Origin: Thermoleophilaceae bacterium
GTDB taxonomy: Bacteria; Actinomycetota; Thermoleophilia; Solirubrobacterales; Thermoleophilaceae
Direction: 5' to 3'
Assembly: GCA_030447725.1 (NCBI GenBank)
Contig: JAUJOQ010000007.1
Coordinates: 42,870-106,869, forward strand
Length of the DNA: 64,000 nt
Shown here: piece after piece, positions 38,999-47,324 of the stretch
Layout of the letters: each line of letters begins with the position of its first letter
Numbering within the stretch: position 1 is the stretch's first letter
Notes under the pieces: generated by a model
What the model was told of the DNA's origin: nothing
The model's input: the letters and a program-made list of their open reading frames with translations, nothing else
The model's database searches: none
Position numbers and translations under genes: made by a program

Positions 38999-39807
38999 AG
39001 CAACACCCGTGGACGCGCCAGCAGGGCAGCATGAGGCACCCCCATCCGGCCGGAGAAGACCGTTCGGAAGGCGCGAAGCGGCAGCTGCCCCAGGCCGCTC
39101 CGGCGCGCCGGATGTCCCTCGCCGAAGGGTTCCGAGTAAGGGGCGGAGCCGCGCAGGATCTCGAAGCCCGCCGCGTAGATCATCCGCCGGTGCCCGACGA
39201 CGTTCGGCACCCACCACTGGAGCTGCTCGCCGCTGCCGTTGAGCCGTGCCAGTGGACGCCTGGGATGTGCGACCGACAGCACGAGGTCGATCTCCTCCGA
39301 GGACATGAAGAAGCCGTCGCACACCATCCGGATCCGCTCGAGGGCGCGAAGCGGGTCCCGGAGATGCAGCATCAGCGAGCCGCAGACCACGACGTCGAAG
39401 GTGCCGACCCGCTCGGGACTCAGCTCATAGACGCTCATGTCCACCTTCTCCACAGCTGACCCGAGCCCCGCTCGCGCGGTCCGAAAGCCCGCGCCCTTCT
39501 CGGGTCCTGCCAGTTTCGCAAGCCTCTCCCCGCCCTGCGCACGGACATCCGGCGGCCAGTCCCAATCCTCGTGGTCAGGGATGTCGAGGGCAACGACCTC
39601 GGCCGCCCCGCGACGCTCCAGCTCGAAGGCGAGGTAGCCGTCGTAGGTGCCCACGTCGAGGCAGCGCTTGCCGCGCACGTCGGGCCACGGAAGCACGTCG
39701 ACGATCGGCCGGAGGTCGAAATAGCCCGGGGTCTCCATGCCCCCGGGCAGGTCGATCGTGTGGTACCAGAGCGGGACGGCCCCGATCGCCTGCCTCAGCT
39801 CCGTCAC
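38995..39807 (-). CDS. WYHT-family methyltransferase, paralog C (tandem duplicate of B)
   Basis: GTG at 39807 in a GTGA overlap with the upstream stop. LWYHTIDLPGGMETPG... Shares a 156-bp perfect repeat with paralog B. Confidence 0.75.
   Translation of the reverse strand: MTELRQAIGAVPLWYHTIDLPGGMETPGYFDLRPIVDVLPWPDVRGKRCLDVGTYDGYLAFELERRGAAEVVALDIPDHEDWDWPPDVRAQGGERLAKLAGPEKGAGFRTARAGLGSAVEKVDMSVYELSPERVGTFDVVVCGSLMLHLRDPLRALERIRMVCDGFFMSSEEIDLVLSVAHPRRPLARLNGSGEQLQWWVPNVVGHRRMIYAAGFEILRGSAPYSEPFGEGHPARRSGLGQLPLRAFRTVFSGRMGVPHAALLARPRVLL
39614..39769. repeat. 156-bp perfect direct repeat, unit 2 (in paralog C)
   Basis: Identical by eye to 38805-38960. Confidence 0.85.
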
Positions 39808-40667
39808 GGCACCAGCCCCTCGACGAAGGGCACCTCGAGCACCTTCTCGTGCGCTATCGGGCCATGCCCGAAGTAGCGGTCCTCCCCGAACAGCTCGCCG
39901 TGGTCGGAGGTCACGACTACCCACGTGTCCTGGGGCAGCAGCTCGAAGAGCTGCGCGAAGACACCGTCCAGGTGCTCGACGGCCTTGATCTGGCGGGCGT
40001 GCAGGTCCTTCAGCGCCGTCTCGTCGAAGAACTCGGGCGCGTCGAGGCCGTGCCCCTCATCGTCGAGTCGCTTGAAGACGCCATGGACCCCGGAGATGTG
40101 CGGCCACTCGCGGGGGTCTTCGTGAGACAGCGCGTACGGATAGTGGGTCTCGCCTGTGTTGAGCAGGTAGAAGGAGGGCCGGTCCTCGCTGAACTCCAGC
40201 TCGTCGAGCATCGCCGCCATGTCGTTGTGCTTGGGCATGAGGCGGTAGGAGTCGAAGTCGCGGTTGATCACGGTGTGCTCGTTGAGCACCGGCATGGAGA
40301 CCCTCGCGTGCGTGCGATAGCCGAGCCTGTGCTTCAGGTAGGTGGGGAGGAAGATCGATGGCAGGAAGGAGCGGAACTCGATTCCGCTCACTCCCAGCCG
40401 CTCGCCGTAGCGCAGGAAGTCGCGCTTGTAGTACTCGGAGGCGTAGACCTGCGGCGGGTTCGTGTGTGGCAGCAGCCCCATCAGCAGGTTGAGGTGCGAC
40501 GGGGCCGTCCAGGTCGCGTACGAGAAGCGGCGCTCCAGCGTGCCCAGCGTGGCGAGTGTCTGCGGCTGCGCCTCGACCCAGGAGTCGTAGCGCAGACTGT
40601 CGAGGATCACGATGACGAAGTTGCGCGCCCTTGCCGGCGGAGTGACTGGCGAGTCCAGAGCGTTCAT
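39804..40667 (-). CDS. Alkaline-phosphatase-superfamily (sulfatase-like) enzyme, short paralog AP1
   Basis: ATG at 40667 within ORF 39804..42194. VIVILDSLRYD metal site, TWTAPSHLNLLMG nucleophile motif, VVVTSDHGELFG. Confidence 0.7.
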   Translation of the reverse strand: MNALDSPVTPPARARNFVIVILDSLRYDSWVEAQPQTLATLGTLERRFSYATWTAPSHLNLLMGLLPHTNPPQVYASEYYKRDFLRYGERLGVSGIEFRSFLPSIFLPTYLKHRLGYRTHARVSMPVLNEHTVINRDFDSYRLMPKHNDMAAMLDELEFSEDRPSFYLLNTGETHYPYALSHEDPREWPHISGVHGVFKRLDDEGHGLDAPEFFDETALKDLHARQIKAVEHLDGVFAQLFELLPQDTWVVVTSDHGELFGEDRYFGHGPIAHEKVLEVPFVEGLVP

Positions 40668-40694
40668 GAAAGACGCGCCGTAAGCTACCTGCGG

Positions 40695-42104
40695 ATGCCG
40701 CGGAACGTGCTGATGCTCGTCTGTGACACCGCACGCGCCGACGCCTTCGAGCCCTATGGCGCCCCGGTGGGATCCACCCCCACCACCGCCCAGATAGCCT
40801 CGTCGGGCCGGGCGGTGCAAGACGTCTTCTCGACGGCATGCTGGACGCTCCCCTCCCATGCCTCGATGTTCACGGGCATCCTCCCGCGCCAGCTTGGGCT
40901 GGGGCAGGCGCCAGGCGGCGCGCCGCACGGCGCACGCCCCGTGCTCGACTCGCATAGAGAACGCTTGCTGCCCGAGGTGCTCCGCAGGGCCGGGTGGCAT
41001 ACGCGCGCGGCCAGCACCAACGTGTGGGTCAGCCCGCACGCCGGCTTCGACATCGGCTTCGACGATTTCGAGTACGTGCGAGCGCGGACGCGCCAGGAGC
41101 ATGTGAACCGCGAGGGGCTGCGCGGATCCCTGGTCTGGGCCTACGAGGGGCTGCGCGCCCGAGCGGATGACGGGGCCCGGGAGGTCGAGGGAATCGTCAG
41201 GCGCTGGCTCGCGGAGGGCACGGACCGGCCCTTCTTCTGGTTCGTGAACCTCGTGGAATGCCACTCCCCCTACCTGCCGCCGCGCCCCTACAACGACCTC
41301 CGGCCGCTCGAGCGGCTGAAGGCTGCGCAGGAAGCCCGGCTCTACCTGTCGCTGGACGCCATCTGGCGCACCTGCCTCGGCGTGAACGAGGTGCCCGAGG
41401 AGGCGCTCGACCGCATGCGCCACCTCTACGCGCGCTCTGTACGGCTCATGGACGACTGGCTCGCGCGAGTGCTGGAGGCGCTCGAGGACAAGGGAGTGCT
41501 CGACGACACGCTCGTGCTCGTAACGTCCGACCACGGCGAGAACTTCGGCGAGAACGGCCTGCTGGCCCACGCGTTCTCCGTCGACGATCGGCTGATTCGA
41601 GTGCCGCTCGTGGCGAACCGCCCCGACTTCGAGACCGGTGGCGGCGCGCGCAGCCTGGCCGAAGTGCCCCGCATGCTCGCCGGGCACCTCGGACTTGTCG
41701 AGCACCCGTGGGCCGGCCCGGACCTGCCGGACGGGATCGCCGCAGCCCAGTTCGAGTTCATCGACGAGCATGACCCGCGCGTCGGCATAGCCACCGAGCA
41801 GTGGCAGCTCGACGCCGCCGGGCAGGCGATGATCACCACACCGCTGACCTGCGCGACCGACGGGGGCCTGAAGCTGATGCTCCGGGGCGACAGCGAGCAG
41901 CTCTACGACCTGGGACGCGACCCGCTCGAGGAGCACCCTGCGGCGCCCGGCGAGCACGAGGACTCTCAACGGGTGGCAAGGCTGCGAGAAGCCCTCTCCA
42001 TGCCAAGCGTCCGTCTGTCGCGCGAGCCCCCCGCCGCGCCGGCGGCGCCGGCCGGCGAGGTGGACGACCTCGAGAGCCGGATGAAGCTCCTGGGGTACAT
42101 GTGA
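40695..42104 (+). CDS. Alkaline-phosphatase-superfamily (sulfatase-like) enzyme, paralog AP2
   Basis: ATG at 40695 within ORF 39849..42104. LMLVCDTARAD, CWTLPSHASMFTG, LVLVTSDHGENFG. Confidence 0.75.
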   Translation: MPRNVLMLVCDTARADAFEPYGAPVGSTPTTAQIASSGRAVQDVFSTACWTLPSHASMFTGILPRQLGLGQAPGGAPHGARPVLDSHRERLLPEVLRRAGWHTRAASTNVWVSPHAGFDIGFDDFEYVRARTRQEHVNREGLRGSLVWAYEGLRARADDGAREVEGIVRRWLAEGTDRPFFWFVNLVECHSPYLPPRPYNDLRPLERLKAAQEARLYLSLDAIWRTCLGVNEVPEEALDRMRHLYARSVRLMDDWLARVLEALEDKGVLDDTLVLVTSDHGENFGENGLLAHAFSVDDRLIRVPLVANRPDFETGGGARSLAEVPRMLAGHLGLVEHPWAGPDLPDGIAAAQFEFIDEHDPRVGIATEQWQLDAAGQAMITTPLTCATDGGLKLMLRGDSEQLYDLGRDPLEEHPAAPGEHEDSQRVARLREALSMPSVRLSREPPAAPAAPAGEVDDLESRMKLLGYM

Positions 42105-42114
42105 GCGGTCGGCG

Positions 42115-42984
42115 GTGACCGAACCGTCGGGCTCGGTGGCAGAGCGCGTGGAGGCGCTCACCTGGTACCACACGATCGACCTGCCCGGGGGCATCGTGAC
42201 CCCCGGGCGCTACGACCTGCGGTCGGTGCTGTCGCGCCTACCGATGCCGATGTCGCTCGAGGGCAAGCGCTGCCTCGACGTCGGCACGCGCGACGGCTTC
42301 TATGCCTTCGAGATGGAGCGGCGGGGAGCGCGCGATGTGGTCGCGCTCGACCTCGATGACCCCGAGCAGATCCAGCTTCCCCTCCCACGTCCCGGCCGGC
42401 ACATGATCCGCGAGGATCTGGAGAACGGTCGTCGCGCCTTCTCGCTGGCCCACGGGGCCCTCGGGTCGAAGGTCGACCGCCGCTCGTTGTCGGTCTACGA
42501 CCTCGACCGGGAGGAGATCGGGAGCTTCGACTTCGCCGTCGTGGGGACGCTCCTATGGCACCTGAGAGACCCCGCCGGAGCGCTAGCGGCCGTCGCCGGC
42601 GTCCTCGACGGCCGCCTGCTCCTCAACGAGGGCATCTCCCTCTCGATGACCGTCCAGCACCCCTTCCACGCCGCGGCGCAGGTGATGATGCACCGTGGCC
42701 GCCCCTTCTGGTATGCGCCCAACCGCCAGGCTCTCGAGCGCATGGTCATCGCCTCGGGCCTCGACATCGCGGCGGCCGGGCGGCCTTACATCGTGCCCCA
42801 CGGTCCCGGGGTCCCCTGGGCCTCGAGGCGCTGGATCCTCACCGGGGGGCGGCTGACACAGCTGCCGGAGCGGTTCATACGCGCGCGCGGCGCGCTTCAC
42901 GCGTGGGTGCTCGCCGGCCAGGGCCCGCGGGAGCTGACCGGCGCCTTCGGGGCTCGGCAACCCGTCGAAGCCGTAGGGCCCTAG
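42115..42984 (+). CDS. WYHT-family methyltransferase, paralog D
   Basis: TWYHTIDLPGGIVTPG, CLDVGTRDGFYAFEMERRGARDVVALDL, LLWHLRDP. Confidence 0.75.
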   Translation: MTEPSGSVAERVEALTWYHTIDLPGGIVTPGRYDLRSVLSRLPMPMSLEGKRCLDVGTRDGFYAFEMERRGARDVVALDLDDPEQIQLPLPRPGRHMIREDLENGRRAFSLAHGALGSKVDRRSLSVYDLDREEIGSFDFAVVGTLLWHLRDPAGALAAVAGVLDGRLLLNEGISLSMTVQHPFHAAAQVMMHRGRPFWYAPNRQALERMVIASGLDIAAAGRPYIVPHGPGVPWASRRWILTGGRLTQLPERFIRARGALHAWVLAGQGPRELTGAFGARQPVEAVGP

Positions 42985-43074
42985 CGTAGGCCGAGTCCGC
43001 CCGCGTGCTGGGCTGTTGGCGCTGCTCTGTGCGCTTTGCTGCCCACCAGGCGGCGTATAGTTGCCACGGCCAGG

Positions 43075-44607
43075 ATGACCGATTCGCGGGGGACAGCCGG
43101 GTCATCCCCCCGGCCCTCGACGCCGCCGTCGCGCGTCAGCCGCCTCCGCGACAGGGGCGGCTCGCTACGCGCCCTGACGGCCCGCGGGACGATCGTCAAC
43201 GCCGCCTTCAGCGTGGGGCTGGCCGTCATCGGAGCGGCACGTCGATTCCTGATCGCCATCTTCCTGACGGCCGCCGAGTACGGCCTCTGGGGGCTGATCT
43301 TCGTCGCCGTGACGTCGGTCCTCTGGCTGATGGAGATTGGAATCGGCGACAAGTTCATCCAGCAGGACGATCCGGACCAGGAAGCGGCCTTCCAGAAGGC
43401 GTTCACCCTCAACCTCCTCTGGTCGCTGTTGTTCTGCGTGCTCATCCTCGGCGCGGTTCCCCTCTTCGCCATGCTCTACGGACGCCCCGAGATCATCCTC
43501 CCGGGCTGTCTGTTCACCCTCGGAATCATCGCCAACGCCTTCCGGACCCCGACCTGGATCTTCTACCGCGAGATGCAGTTCGCGCGCGAGCGGGCGCTGC
43601 AGGCGATCGATCCGATCGTGGGCTTCGTGGTGACGATGGCGCTGGGCTTCGCGGGCGCGGGGTACTGGAGCCTCGTGGTCGGCTCCATCGTCGGCATGTG
43701 GGCCACCGCCGCCGCCTGCGTCGTGGCGTGCCCGTACCCCTTCCGCTTGCGCTACGACGGGATCGTGCTGCGTGAGTACGTGAGCTTCTCGTGGCCGCTG
43801 CTGGTCTCGAGCGGCAGCGGCTTGGTCGTCGTCCAGCTGGCCGTGATCCTCGGCGAGTCGACGGCGGGCCTAGCGGGAGTCGGCGCGATAGGCCTCGCGG
43901 GAACGATCGCCGCCTTCGCCGACCGTGTCGACCAGATCGTCACGCAGACGCTGTACCCGGCCGTTTGCGCGGTCAGGGATCGCATCGACCTGCTCTTCGA
44001 GTCGTTCACGAAATCCAACCGGCTGGCGCTGATCTGGGGGATGCCGTTCGGTCTCGCCCTCGCGCTGTTCGCCCCCGACCTCGTTCACTACGTGCTCGGC
44101 GAGAAATGGGAGGGGGTCACGGGGCTGCTCCAGGTGTTCGGCATCACCGCAGCGATCAAGCAGATCGGCTTCAACTGGACCGCGTTCCAGCGGGCGATCG
44201 GCCAGACCCGTCCGCTCGCCGTCTACGGGTTCGCCGGGCTGATCGTCTTCCTTCTGGTGGGCGTCCCCGGAATGATCGCCTGGGGCATCACCGGTTACGC
44301 GGTAGCCATCGGCGCGATGACCGCCGTGGAGTTGGGAATCCGTACCTTCTACCTGAGCAAGCTGTTCAAGGGCTTCGACATCGTCAGGCACTCGATGCGG
44401 GCGCTGACCCCGTGCATCCCAGCCGTCGCCGTGGTGCTGGCCATCCGGTTCCTCGAGCCCGACGAACGCACGTTGCCTTTCGTGGCGGCCGAGCTGGCCC
44501 TGTTCGTGATCGTGACCTGCGCGGCCACCTGGGCCGCCGAGAGGACGCTCCTCAGGGAGATGTTCGGATACCTGCGGCGCGCACCAGGCGCCCCCCAGGC
44601 CGCCTGA
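43075..44607 (+). CDS. Polysaccharide biosynthesis protein / Wzx-type flippase (MOP superfamily)
   Basis: About 510 aa with 12-14 predicted TM helices. The N-terminal pattern (G.I.N......L.....R.....L...EYGLWG) is typical of the Polysacc_synt family. A TTG at 43036 is possible. Confidence 0.8.
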   Translation: MTDSRGTAGSSPRPSTPPSRVSRLRDRGGSLRALTARGTIVNAAFSVGLAVIGAARRFLIAIFLTAAEYGLWGLIFVAVTSVLWLMEIGIGDKFIQQDDPDQEAAFQKAFTLNLLWSLLFCVLILGAVPLFAMLYGRPEIILPGCLFTLGIIANAFRTPTWIFYREMQFARERALQAIDPIVGFVVTMALGFAGAGYWSLVVGSIVGMWATAAACVVACPYPFRLRYDGIVLREYVSFSWPLLVSSGSGLVVVQLAVILGESTAGLAGVGAIGLAGTIAAFADRVDQIVTQTLYPAVCAVRDRIDLLFESFTKSNRLALIWGMPFGLALALFAPDLVHYVLGEKWEGVTGLLQVFGITAAIKQIGFNWTAFQRAIGQTRPLAVYGFAGLIVFLLVGVPGMIAWGITGYAVAIGAMTAVELGIRTFYLSKLFKGFDIVRHSMRALTPCIPAVAVVLAIRFLEPDERTLPFVAAELALFVIVTCAATWAAERTLLREMFGYLRRAPGAPQAA

Positions 44608-44625
44608 GATAGCGTCCCGCTTCGC

Positions 44626-45459
44626 GTGGAGGAATCACCGCCCGCAACGAGCGATCTCGCCGCCGAGGTGGCGGCGATCGAGTGGTACCACACGATGGAG
44701 CTCGCGCCGGGGGTCACGACCCGCGGCTGGCTCGACACCCGGCCGGTCGCGCCGACCGTACCCTTCCCGCCCTCGCTCGATGGCAAGCGCTGCCTCGACG
44801 TGGCCACCTTCAACGGATTCTGGGCGTTCGAGATGGAGCGACGCGGCGCGGCCGAGGTCGTCGCGATCGACGTCCTCGATCCCCTCAGGTGGGACTGGCC
44901 GGTGGGCAGCGACCAAGAGACGATCCGCATCATCGGCAGCCGGCTGGCCGGCGGGCGCGGGTTCGAGATCGCCAGGCGTGCGCTCGGCTCGTCCGTCGAG
45001 CGACTCGAACGCAGCGTCTACGACCTCGACCCCGACGACCTCGGGCACTTCGACGTGGTCTACCTGGGGAGCCTGCTCGTGCACCTGCGCGATCCCGTCG
45101 CCGCCCTCGAGCGCATTCGCTCGGTATGTCGAGACATGTTGATCGTGGTGGATGGGATAGACCTTCTCCTGACGTTGCTGCTGCCGTGGACTCCGGTCGC
45201 ACGGCTCGACGGCAAGGACCGGCCGTGGTGGTGGTACTCGAACGCCGCGGGCCTGGGCCGCCTCTTGGAGGCCGGCGGCTTCGATGTCGTCGAAGGTCCG
45301 CGCCGGATGTTCATGCCCCCCGGTCCGGGGCAGCCGAGGGCGCGTCCGTCGCTCAGGCTGCTCCGCAGCCGGCAGGGGCGCGAGGCGATCTTGATGGCCT
45401 TGAAGGGCGACCCCCACGCCATGGCCGTCGCCCGGCCTCGATCCGGTCTTCAGCCCTAG
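44626..45459 (+). CDS. WYHT-family methyltransferase, paralog E
   Basis: EWYHTMELAPGVTTRG, CLDVATFNGFWAFEMERRGAAEVVAIDV, LLVHLRDP. Confidence 0.75.
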   Translation: MEESPPATSDLAAEVAAIEWYHTMELAPGVTTRGWLDTRPVAPTVPFPPSLDGKRCLDVATFNGFWAFEMERRGAAEVVAIDVLDPLRWDWPVGSDQETIRIIGSRLAGGRGFEIARRALGSSVERLERSVYDLDPDDLGHFDVVYLGSLLVHLRDPVAALERIRSVCRDMLIVVDGIDLLLTLLLPWTPVARLDGKDRPWWWYSNAAGLGRLLEAGGFDVVEGPRRMFMPPGPGQPRARPSLRLLRSRQGREAILMALKGDPHAMAVARPRSGLQP

Positions 45460-46205
45460 CGCCCGGCCAGTCGCCGGGCACGCCCGGCCGTCAGGCGCAG
45501 CCGGCCCGACAGCATGCCCGCCACCCCCGCCGGTTGGGACTCATAGATCACGAGGTGGGAGCCGCCATGGAAGACTCGGTAGAACCGAAGCTTCCGGGCG
45601 CCCGCGTGCCGAAGCAGCCCCGGAATCGAGAGCTCGTGGTGAAGCTCCTGGTCGTGCTCGGCCTCGAGGAAGTTCACCTCCACCACCCGGGCGCGCCGCT
45701 CCATCTCCCCGAGGAAGGCAAAGGCGTCCGGCACGTGCTCGATCACGTCGAAGGCGAAGGCGGCGTCGAAGCCGCCCGGAACCTCGCGATCGAGGTCGTG
45801 CACCGGGGCGTCGAAGCCGCGCCGTTCGAGACGCCAGCGCAGGTACTCGGTGCTCGGGTTGTCGAAGTCGGCGAACTCGACCGTGTAGCCGGCTTCGAGC
45901 AGCATCAGCCCATCGGAGCCGACCCCGCACCCGTAGTCGAGGATCCGTGCGCCGGGCGCTATGCAGCGGACGAGTTGCCGCAGGTAGGGAAGCTTGGTCT
46001 CTGTCATCGCGAAGGCCGTCAGGTTGTAGAGGTAGCCACGCGAGACGCGGTAGAAGCGCTGTTCGTCACCCACTTGCGCGTACTCGGAGTCCAGCGTGCG
46101 CTGGTAGTGCTGAAGCTTCGACAGGTCGAAGTCGTCGCCCAGGTAGTCCCGAAGCTCCGCCTCCTCACGCGCCGGGTCGCAAGCAAGCGGCGGGCGGGGC
46201 GGCAT
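45456..46205 (-). CDS. Class I SAM-dependent methyltransferase
   Basis: ARILDYGCGVGSDGLMLLEAGYTVEFADF and FDAAFAFDVIEHVPD. Confidence 0.7.
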   Translation of the reverse strand: MPPRPPLACDPAREEAELRDYLGDDFDLSKLQHYQRTLDSEYAQVGDEQRFYRVSRGYLYNLTAFAMTETKLPYLRQLVRCIAPGARILDYGCGVGSDGLMLLEAGYTVEFADFDNPSTEYLRWRLERRGFDAPVHDLDREVPGGFDAAFAFDVIEHVPDAFAFLGEMERRARVVEVNFLEAEHDQELHHELSIPGLLRHAGARKLRFYRVFHGGSHLVIYESQPAGVAGMLSGRLRLTAGRARRLAGR

Positions 46206-46222
46206 GCGGTCAAGATATCGGC

Positions 46223-47212
46223 GTGCCCCGGCTCACCGTAGTGGTCCCCACGATCGGCATGTACCCCGTCCTGCGCCGGGTGCTCGACGGCTTCGAGCGC
46301 CAGGATGCCGAGCCAGGGAGCTTCGAGATCGTGGTGGTCAGCGACAAGGCGGAGCCCGATCCGGCTGCAGTGCAAGAGGCGATCGGCTCCCGGCCCTATC
46401 CGGTCCGGCGGATCACCGGGCAGGAGCCCGGCGTCTCCGAGAATCGCAACGCGGGCTGCGCCGCGGCGTGCTCACCGCTGGTCTTGTTCAACGACAACGA
46501 CACGATTCCGGTGCCAGAGCTCGTCTCCGAGCACCTCCGGTGGCACGACCGTCACCCCGTGAAGGAGGTTGGAGTGGTGGGGCTCGTCCGTTGGGCACCC
46601 GAGCTCGACGTGACTCCCTTCATGCGCTGGCTTGACCGCGGAGTCCAGTTCGATTACCCGAATATCGAGGGAATCGAAGCGGGCTGGGGCCGCTTCTACA
46701 CGGCCAACTCCTCCGTGAAGCGCAGCTTCTTCGAACGGGTCGGAGGCTTCGACCAGGCGCGGCTGCCCTACGGCTACGAGGACCTCGACTGGGCCTACCG
46801 GGCGAGCAAGCTCGGCTTCCGGCTGCTCTTCAACCGAGCCGCGGTGGTCGACCACCTCCGGCAGATGACGCTCGAGTTCTGGAAGAAGCGCGCGCGCCGC
46901 GTCGCGATCGCCGAACGCCAGTTCGTGAAGATCCACCCCGACGTTGCGCCCTACTTCCGCAACCTCTTCATCGACGCGACCCGCCGGGAGCCGGCGCGCC
47001 GGCGTGGGATCAAGCTGGCCCCCTACGTGCCCCCATCGGTCCCCTGGCTCGGCCCGAGGGTCTGGACGAGCGTCGACCTCTATTACCGCCAGCAGCTCGC
47101 CCCGCACTTCCTGGCGGCCTGGGAGGAGTGGGAGGAGGACGATGAACGAGGAGTCCTCGACCTCGCCGAGCGACAGGACCTCGACCGCCGCTACGGATCG
47201 CACGCTCGGTAG
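46223..47212 (+). CDS. Glycosyltransferase family 2
   Basis: GTG at 46223. LTVVVPTIG...FEIVVVSD...NRNAG...FNDNDT (DxD-like). Confidence 0.8.
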   Translation: MPRLTVVVPTIGMYPVLRRVLDGFERQDAEPGSFEIVVVSDKAEPDPAAVQEAIGSRPYPVRRITGQEPGVSENRNAGCAAACSPLVLFNDNDTIPVPELVSEHLRWHDRHPVKEVGVVGLVRWAPELDVTPFMRWLDRGVQFDYPNIEGIEAGWGRFYTANSSVKRSFFERVGGFDQARLPYGYEDLDWAYRASKLGFRLLFNRAAVVDHLRQMTLEFWKKRARRVAIAERQFVKIHPDVAPYFRNLFIDATRREPARRRGIKLAPYVPPSVPWLGPRVWTSVDLYYRQQLAPHFLAAWEEWEEDDERGVLDLAERQDLDRRYGSHAR

Positions 47213-47324
47213 CCAATGGCCCCACAGATCGGCCACCCCGAGCGGGGCGGTGAGGCGATGCGCCGCAAGTCGGTGATAGAGCCGCTTCGACCTGTCGTCA
47301 GGCAGGAAAAGGTCGAGCCCCCGG

